A DNA stretch of 64,000 nt from a virus. Below, one piece after another: positions 58,192 to 64,000 of this stretch. The position numbers were made by a program, and so were the translations under genes. Location: IMG/VR virus record IMGVR_UViG_3300045988_004573, positions 33,869 to 97,868 of that record. One strand, given 5' to 3'. The first letter of the stretch is position 1. Each line of letters begins with the position of its first letter. Under the pieces are notes generated by a model that saw only the letters and a program-made list of their open reading frames with translations, was not told where the DNA came from and did not search any database.

Positions 58192-58565
58192 ACCTTAATA
58201 AATTTAATAAGTTTGTAACCTCCAAGTGCAATAGCTGCTCCTCCCAAAACCATTAGACCTACTTGCCAGTTATGTAGTTTATTCACTTCCTTAGTGACTT
58301 CTACAGTATTGACTACTGTTATAGTATCAGTCACATTAACAGTATCTCTAAGCTCCTTAACCCTATATATGTACTTGTACTTCTCTAAGAATACAGTATC
58401 ACCCTTCTCTCTTATGATAGTACTGTCATTCCTATATAGAGTATCAACAGACACCCTATCCCTGTATTCAATCTTAACTTTATCTACAGGAACTTCCACA
58501 TACTTAGTTGCAGCACAACCACTTAACAGGATGCCTAGCAGTATAGCTAACAATAACTTCTTCAT
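58188..58565 (-). CDS. lipoprotein with a C-terminal TM helix (unimolecular-spanin architecture)
   Basis: MKKLLLAILLGILLSGC provides a signal peptide and lipobox. C-terminal WQVGLMVLGGAAIALGGYKLI. ATG 58565 preferred because the GTG track start lies upstream of the promoter motif. Confidence 0.55.
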   Translation of the reverse strand: MKKLLLAILLGILLSGCAATKYVEVPVDKVKIEYRDRVSVDTLYRNDSTIIREKGDTVFLEKYKYIYRVKELRDTVNVTDTITVVNTVEVTKEVNKLHNWQVGLMVLGGAAIALGGYKLIKFIKV

Positions 58566-58572
58566 AATGCTG

Positions 58573-58603
58573 CAAAGGTAAGAAAAATAAATCACCTATG
58601 TAA
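58573..58603 (-). promoter_or_regulatory. promoter-like TACCTTTG with an imperfect -33 (TTA)
   Basis: TACCTTTG (58580..58573) lies only 7 nt upstream of ATG 58565. At N20 the -33 position reads TTA, not TTG. Confidence 0.4.
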
Positions 58604-58622
58604 GAGCATAAGTGATTTATTT
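58585..58622 (-). terminator. AT-rich hairpin after gene 58643..59191
   Basis: aaataaatcac 58585..58595 pairs with gtgatttattt 58612..58622 (11 bp, 16-nt loop). It overlaps the promoter spacer. Confidence 0.3.
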
Positions 58623-58642
58623 ATATTTAATATAATCTTGAT

Positions 58643-59191
58643 TTATAGTGAGGTCCCATCCATGTTTGTCCAAGAATCCCCATTCCAACAGATATATTTT
58701 TTTAAAGTACTATCATAATAAAGATAGCCAATATCCTCTATACTAAGAGAAGGTCTACTATCAGAACTTCCTACAAAGTTTTTGTAATTGGTATATAGGG
58801 CAAAAGTTACCCCCTTTTGGCTAATAACAGCATTCTCATCTTCACCCAGTTCCTGAACTACTGGCATATTTGAACCTAATCTCCAGTTCTTGCCATCTTG
58901 CCAAGAAACATCATCTACAGCATCAATTCCATACCATTCTGTAATAGTATTTCCATCAAGTACATAGGTTATCCATAATCCTTGCTTCCTAATTGACATA
59001 GGAACTTCAAGTCTTGTAGTTTCCCTACTTTCTGTATATGAAAGGAAGTACATATTAAAACTTGACAGAATGTCTGTAAGTGTAATGCCACTTTCTCTAT
59101 CTGTAATAGCATCAATGAAAGTCTTAGGGAAGATGTCTTTATATCCTCCCCCAAGATTATCTCTTTTAATTAATTGTTGTATATCTTTCAT
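58643..59191 (-). CDS. short tail-fiber-like protein
   Basis: C-terminal SRPSLSIEDIGYLYYDSTLKKYICWNGDSWTNMDG matches the C-terminal motif of both large fibers. The N-terminal part (IRKQGLWITYVLD..W..W) resembles the N-terminus of the 818-aa fiber. Confidence 0.5.
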   Translation of the reverse strand: MKDIQQLIKRDNLGGGYKDIFPKTFIDAITDRESGITLTDILSSFNMYFLSYTESRETTRLEVPMSIRKQGLWITYVLDGNTITEWYGIDAVDDVSWQDGKNWRLGSNMPVVQELGEDENAVISQKGVTFALYTNYKNFVGSSDSRPSLSIEDIGYLYYDSTLKKYICWNGDSWTNMDGTSL

Positions 59192-59211
59192 AAACTATAT
59201 TGTTTTTTTTT

Positions 59212-61158
59212 TTATACAGTTGTACCAGTTGCATTCACCCAAGCTGAACCATTTCCCCAGATAGGTTTATTTAAGGTAGTATCAAAATAAAAGATACCAG
59301 CTTGTGGGGCTGCTGGTCTTGAGCTTGAAGGACCAACAGTAGGAGTAGGGTTTAAGGAGCTTGTGGCTACATGTAACCATTCACTCCATGTATTATTATC
59401 CATCCTTTTCCTGATAAAAAGATAAGCATAAGGTTGTTCTCCTCTTACAAACATAGGAAAGAACAACTGTTTTGTCAGACCTTTATAATATCCATTTGTA
59501 GGATGGATACTTAAAAGTAGGCCACCTTCAGCATTAAGAGGTGATTTATAAATACTGTCTGCTCCGATAACAGTACTAACTATTCCAATCGGTAAACTAT
59601 CTGGAAGTGTATCTAAGTTAAATGGACTTGATGCAACAGAACTCAAATCATCATATTCACCAATATCAGAAGGAGCACCACACAAATTGTTTTTGAATAT
59701 GTATCTATCAAGATTAGCATTTTCTGCTAATTCTACAAACTTAACATTAGAAGCCTCCCAAGCATTTACTCTATTATTAACAATGATGGCTGACCCTATT
59801 GTTCCTCCCAACTTAAATGCAGAATCAGTATTAATTCTCTGATGAAAGTTTCCATCAATAAGAACTGCTCCGCAATTATCAAAAGTAACAGCAGGATTAT
59901 TCCATAACTCCATTCCAACTTGGTCTCCTGTTATATTGTTGCAATAATTTGCTTTTACACTATTACTAATAGCATTGCCATACTTTAACTGTCCACCAAT
60001 ATTATTTGTAATAATTACATCTGAAATTTTGTCTACTGAAAAATATACTTTAGACTTAATAAATGTGTTTTTGGTAATAATCAGACTACATGTTGTCTGA
60101 GATTCCATTTTTATATATATATCATGAGAATTGCTGCTTACAAATGTATTATTTTCTATTATGAATCTATCAGCAGTAATAGAATTTTTCATAGGATTAA
60201 CAAATGCTATAGTCCCAACAACACCTTTAATATTTTCAAAGTGATTGTTGATAATCTTAACATTCTTAATTTCAACATCTGCTTCTGGCTCAAAATCTAT
60301 AGCTCCTGGCATTACACCACCAGAGCTATTTTTAAAAAGATTATTATCAATTGTAAAATTGTTACATACATAAACAGATATACCCTGCCTACTAACTATA
60401 TTTTTACCATCAAAAATACAATCTCTTACTGTAACATCATTAACAAAAGAAGTCATCCATCTTCCCTCATCCGGGGATAGCAGTGCTCCAGCAGTTATTC
60501 CATCCCCACAATAGCTTAAAAATTTACATCCTTCAATAATACAATTATCTATATTTCCAAGATTAATAAGTGCTGAGAATTGAAAAATTTCAGCATGAGT
60601 GTGTATCAATTCGAGATTATAGAATCTAACATTTTTTATTTTTGGAGCAGTCAAATCTGCATCTTCTGGAGGAGTTGTGAAAATATTACAGCACCAGCCA
60701 TCAGCAATTATTTGAGCACCTGCTAATCCATTAAATTGTACACCGCTCTTTATATGGATACCATCTTCTCTTCTATTAAATGACTCATTATTTACCCCAA
60801 ATATTTTATATTTATTAGTAAAAATAATCTGTGCATTATATGGAGCTATATCAACCGCAGTTTGTATTGCTTTTAGGTCATTAGTAATACCATCCCCTTC
60901 TGCACCAAACCACTCTGGATATAAGGTTGAAGTACTTGTGTTTCCTGTTATAGTAACAGTATTAGCTATTTTTATAGTTCCTATAAGAGCTGTATTATTA
61001 AGAACTAATGTTCCATTATTAATACCTCCTCCTTGAAAGTCTAAGGTACACCCTTCTGGAATAGTAAGAGTTCCTCCTACAAGGTCTATAACCTTAGTTA
61101 TTTTATATATAACATTAGGCTTATTAAATTTATCTTGAACTGCCATATTTATTATCAT
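59212..61158 (-). CDS. tail fiber/tailspike with a pectate-lyase-like beta-helix
   Basis: WFGAEGDGITNDLKAIQTAV (pectate lyase superfamily motif), many short beta-helix-like repeats, and C-terminal RPAAPQAGIFYFDTTLNKPIWGNGSAWVNATG. Confidence 0.7.
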   Translation of the reverse strand: MIINMAVQDKFNKPNVIYKITKVIDLVGGTLTIPEGCTLDFQGGGINNGTLVLNNTALIGTIKIANTVTITGNTSTSTLYPEWFGAEGDGITNDLKAIQTAVDIAPYNAQIIFTNKYKIFGVNNESFNRREDGIHIKSGVQFNGLAGAQIIADGWCCNIFTTPPEDADLTAPKIKNVRFYNLELIHTHAEIFQFSALINLGNIDNCIIEGCKFLSYCGDGITAGALLSPDEGRWMTSFVNDVTVRDCIFDGKNIVSRQGISVYVCNNFTIDNNLFKNSSGGVMPGAIDFEPEADVEIKNVKIINNHFENIKGVVGTIAFVNPMKNSITADRFIIENNTFVSSNSHDIYIKMESQTTCSLIITKNTFIKSKVYFSVDKISDVIITNNIGGQLKYGNAISNSVKANYCNNITGDQVGMELWNNPAVTFDNCGAVLIDGNFHQRINTDSAFKLGGTIGSAIIVNNRVNAWEASNVKFVELAENANLDRYIFKNNLCGAPSDIGEYDDLSSVASSPFNLDTLPDSLPIGIVSTVIGADSIYKSPLNAEGGLLLSIHPTNGYYKGLTKQLFFPMFVRGEQPYAYLFIRKRMDNNTWSEWLHVATSSLNPTPTVGPSSSRPAAPQAGIFYFDTTLNKPIWGNGSAWVNATGTTV

Positions 61159-61172
61159 TTTTTAATTTGCTG

Positions 61173-61203
61173 CAAATATAAGTAAAAGTTCTTATATATG
61201 CAA
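61173..61203 (-). promoter_or_regulatory. Bacteroides-type promoter TTG-N20-TATATTTG
   Basis: On the minus strand: TTG (61203..61201), a 20-nt spacer, TATATTTG (61180..61173). ATG 61158 is 14 nt downstream. Confidence 0.55.
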
Positions 61204-61206
61204 GTA

Positions 61207-61242
61207 AAAGTAGTACTTGATTTATATATCAAATACTACTTT
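61207..61242 (-). terminator. hairpin after the 818-aa fiber gene
   Basis: aaagtagtacttgat 61207..61221 pairs with atcaaatactacttt 61228..61242 (15 bp, one mismatch, 6-nt loop). It lies immediately upstream of the next promoter. Confidence 0.55.
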
Positions 61243-61248
61243 ATTTAG

Positions 61249-63705
61249 TTAGACTATTACCACTCTTGTTATAAGAGTACCATCTTCATTCATCCAAAGA
61301 TTGTTCTCACTATCATAGATAATCCATTGCATTAAATCCACATCAAAGTATCTGTATCCAGTAGAAGGATGTTCAGGTCTTTGAGCTGTAGTACCTGCTT
61401 TTCTATTGGACTTAAATCCATCTCCATCTACCCATACATTGTGGTTCCACCATACAGGGTGATTTAATGTACTATCAAAATAAGCCTTACCATTATCATA
61501 AGTGAGGTCTTGTAGCACAGGAAGATCAGTTGTAGCAAAAGCCTTAACTAAGCTATCCTTAGAAACCATTTCTTCTGTAAAGAAGTGGGATAATGTATAG
61601 CTTCCTGTACTTGGTAAGTCACTTCCACCACCCAAGTAAACTATATTATTATCATAATCACAGCTTCTTACATAGGCTTGTATTCCATTTAGAATAACCA
61701 AATCACCCCCATTGAAGTTAGCAGAAGCTCCTGCATTAGTCATATTACATATACCATAACCATTCATAGTACATGGTATATTAGTAGCAGGATTAGTTGG
61801 ATTCAAGAAAGCTTTTGCATTTGAATACTGAGTACTGTTACCATACCAGTCATAGAATTTCTGATTAGGAGACACTCTTGTACAAGCTCTGTTATTCTGT
61901 ACTAATGCCTCAAAGTCCAGCTTATAATTAGCTAATCTTGGTAATACCTCAGCTAAAGTTACTGAATTGATACCTGTGTGAATTTCTGGGTATGATGAAT
62001 GTCTGTTTACATTTATGTTACCTGTATATTCAACTCTGCCATCAACAGCTACATATAAGTTATTATATGTGAGTTCTCTAAATACACACTTAGTAACAGC
62101 TAATCCATCAATAATCTTGTAGGTCTTTATACCATAATCACCCCCTCTTATGTAGCTGTTTCTAATCTCACAATTAACTAACAGATTGTCAGCAACCTTA
62201 TTAAGCTCAATACATTTCTTATTCCTTGGGTTCTCAACATAACAGTTATCAACTGTAATATTACATACATTGTTGATAAGTAGTGTACCTCCATCCCAAG
62301 AGAATCCTTGCAGCATTATTCTAGCTGCTTGATAATCATCAAGCACTGCATCACTAAAGTCAGTATCACCAACAATAACTGAATATTCTCCTGTAGGAGA
62401 ACTATAGTTACCACCAGTAATATTTATATCATTAGCCATGCAAGCATTGCTATAAATACTCAGGTTCTTGGTATTATAGTTAGACATACAATTAAGGATA
62501 TTAATTGTATATTTCTTAGCAAGAATACCTATCTTACAATATTTTACCTTTACATTATCAAGAACTACATAAGGAGCATCTACATCTATACCAGTAATAG
62601 TTGAAGTAGTGACCATTCCAGTTCCCAAATCATTACCTTCTACATATAAATCCTTAATAGTAGTTACAAAAGGAAAGCTCCTTTGGTTGATATGTATCAA
62701 AGAGTAAGCCATCTGTACTTCTCTATTCTTGATTCTACTACTATTACCTATAATATCATTATATACTTCAAGTGTAGAATTAACAACATAAGTCAAGTTA
62801 GTAGCTAAGATAAGGGGGGCTTTTAATGCTAAAGCTCTCTTAATTGCAAGTGTATCATCTGTAAGTCCATCTCCTTTAGCACCAAACCATCCTACTTCAA
62901 CATTAGCATTAGCTACAGTGCCTGTTACATCTGCTGTTATATTAGGATTTCCAGCTAAAACAGTATTATTAAGCTGTAGAGTACCATTATTTATGCTACC
63001 TCCTTCAAATAAAAGAATACTTCCACTTGGAACAAATAATGTTTGTCTGTTCAAGTTATAATCATATTGTAATATATAGATAGTATTCTCTTTGGAAATC
63101 ATTGACTGGTTAAGCCAATTCATAGTAATCATACTATCAGTTATAGAGTCTTTAACAGTTACAATATTCTTTCTAAGATATATTCTTCCTAAACCAGAAT
63201 AATCGGCAGTATTATAAACTTTATCTGCAAACTTTAGAGATACTTGATTTGCACTGTTTACCTCAGTTACAATATCCTCACTATCTATAATAGCTATATC
63301 CTCCATAATAAGGCTTGAAAGTTCAGTCCATAAAGATAAAATATTCCATTGATTCTTTCTTGAACCTTGAAACTGATATATTGACCACCTACCTCTATCA
63401 TCCAAGAAAGTAATTACTTGACCAATCTTTCTACTTCTGCAAGGAATTAATCCTATAGCTTGAGATAGTGAAATATAACTCTCATTATACTTGTCAGTGA
63501 TATTCACAAAGTCAGATACACCAAGAAGAAATAGTTGTTTAACTATATCTTTCACTGATGCCTTTACATTCTTACCATTCTGTACAAGAACTACAGTTTC
63601 ATTTCCTTTAAGAGGAGTTTCAGCTCCTGCAAAGTCAGTATCTTTCTTACTGTTTGCAAGGAGCCACTTCTCTATCTTTCTATAATCTTCTTGTGTAAAA
63701 AACAT
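61249..63705 (-). CDS. tail fiber/tailspike with a pectate-lyase-like beta-helix
   Basis: WFGAKGDGLTDDTLAIKRALA, LFVPSGSILLFEGGSINNGTLQLNNTVLAG (paralogous to the 648-aa protein), and two C-terminal copies of the YFD..L..W..W..DG motif. Confidence 0.7.
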   Translation of the reverse strand: MFFTQEDYRKIEKWLLANSKKDTDFAGAETPLKGNETVVLVQNGKNVKASVKDIVKQLFLLGVSDFVNITDKYNESYISLSQAIGLIPCRSRKIGQVITFLDDRGRWSIYQFQGSRKNQWNILSLWTELSSLIMEDIAIIDSEDIVTEVNSANQVSLKFADKVYNTADYSGLGRIYLRKNIVTVKDSITDSMITMNWLNQSMISKENTIYILQYDYNLNRQTLFVPSGSILLFEGGSINNGTLQLNNTVLAGNPNITADVTGTVANANVEVGWFGAKGDGLTDDTLAIKRALALKAPLILATNLTYVVNSTLEVYNDIIGNSSRIKNREVQMAYSLIHINQRSFPFVTTIKDLYVEGNDLGTGMVTTSTITGIDVDAPYVVLDNVKVKYCKIGILAKKYTINILNCMSNYNTKNLSIYSNACMANDINITGGNYSSPTGEYSVIVGDTDFSDAVLDDYQAARIMLQGFSWDGGTLLINNVCNITVDNCYVENPRNKKCIELNKVADNLLVNCEIRNSYIRGGDYGIKTYKIIDGLAVTKCVFRELTYNNLYVAVDGRVEYTGNINVNRHSSYPEIHTGINSVTLAEVLPRLANYKLDFEALVQNNRACTRVSPNQKFYDWYGNSTQYSNAKAFLNPTNPATNIPCTMNGYGICNMTNAGASANFNGGDLVILNGIQAYVRSCDYDNNIVYLGGGSDLPSTGSYTLSHFFTEEMVSKDSLVKAFATTDLPVLQDLTYDNGKAYFDSTLNHPVWWNHNVWVDGDGFKSNRKAGTTAQRPEHPSTGYRYFDVDLMQWIIYDSENNLWMNEDGTLITRVVIV

Positions 63706-63715
63706 AGTATTTAGT

Positions 63716-64000
63716 TTAATCCTTAACCATTATATCTGCCACCTTTAATGCAGACAGAATTGCATTTACCTTAGTAACCACTGTTGCAAGTTCAGCTCCA
63801 GTAGCCAAATCACCTACATTAGTAGCTTGTTTTACACCACCTATTTCAATTGTAGTAGCCTTAGGGAGTACATAAGGTTCTGAATCACCTCCTACAGTCT
63901 CCCATTCCCCATTGTTAAAGTACTTCATTGTACCTTTATACAGCCATACTGAGTTAGTGTTAGGGGCATTAGGACTTATTACTAAAGTTCTTATTGTCTT
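63716..64000 (-). CDS. tail-fiber-associated protein, C-terminal part (gene continues beyond the right edge)
   Basis: The frame of ORF 63716..63928 has no stop up to nt 64000, so ATG 63928 may be internal. It contains LPKATTIEIGGVKQA, a P-x-AT..G.VK.A element common in phage fibers. Confidence 0.45.
   Translation of the reverse strand, partial: KTIRTLVISPNAPNTNSVWLYKGTMKYFNNGEWETVGGDSEPYVLPKATTIEIGGVKQATNVGDLATGAELATVVTKVNAILSALKVADIMVKD

Noticed and set aside
59203-59213. A T11 homopolymer (and the A10 at 4771..4780), considered as a slipped-strand phase-variation site.
   Set aside because: Both runs are intergenic; the T11 includes only the stop codon of the 648-aa fiber gene. Length changes would not shift any reading frame. 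At most they would alter spacing.
1-64000. tRNA genes, CRISPR arrays, integrase or attachment sites, a DGR reverse transcriptase, and stop-codon reassignment (known in some crAss-like lineages).
   Set aside because: Intergenic gaps are too short and show no cloverleaf-like sequence. No spaced repeats or RT motifs were seen. All long genes, including ones of more than 2000 codons, read through with the standard code, so there is no sign of TAG or TGA recoding in this window.

Overview
The window looks like a segment of a crAss-like (Crassvirales) podophage of a Bacteroidota host. All calls come from reading motifs in the supplied ORF translations and the DNA; no database search was run.

Layout:
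- 1..20.0 kb (+): tightly packed replication and nucleotide-metabolism genes. These are UDG, a T7 endonuclease I-like resolvase, a PD-(D/E)XK exonuclease, NrdD/NrdG, dUTPase, a family A DNA polymerase, ThyX, a HAD-like protein, a second radical-SAM protein and a HicA-like protein.
- 20.1..30.7 kb (+): the giant DFDID-motif virion RNA polymerase gene and a second giant gene.
- 30.8..64.0 kb (-): the virion module, convergent with the + block. It holds giant internal or tail proteins, an HU/IHF-like protein, candidate capsid genes, a membrane-protein (lysis-like) cassette and beta-helix tail fibers.

Main observations:
1. A translationally coupled JAB/MPN+ plus ThiF/E1-like plus unknown trio lies at the left edge, with no visible ubiquitin-like substrate.
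2. The PolA gene is split by a group I intron. The intron has recognisable P, Q, R and S core elements and carries an HNH ORF with its own promoter.
3. Five homing-endonuclease genes are present: three HNH and two GIY-YIG.
4. Eight copies of a bipartite TTG-N20-TAnnTTTG motif were found (seven exact, one with TTA at -33). This is the Bacteroides-type promoter. They lie only in front of virion operons, the RNAP gene and two HNH genes, often fused to terminator hairpins.
5. A lipoprotein with a C-terminal TM helix (unimolecular-spanin architecture) sits with two other membrane proteins, and no recognisable endolysin is nearby.
6. A PD-(D/E)XK nuclease signature occupies the C-terminus of a 2213-aa virion protein.

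No tRNA, rRNA, CRISPR array or stop-codon reassignment was seen.
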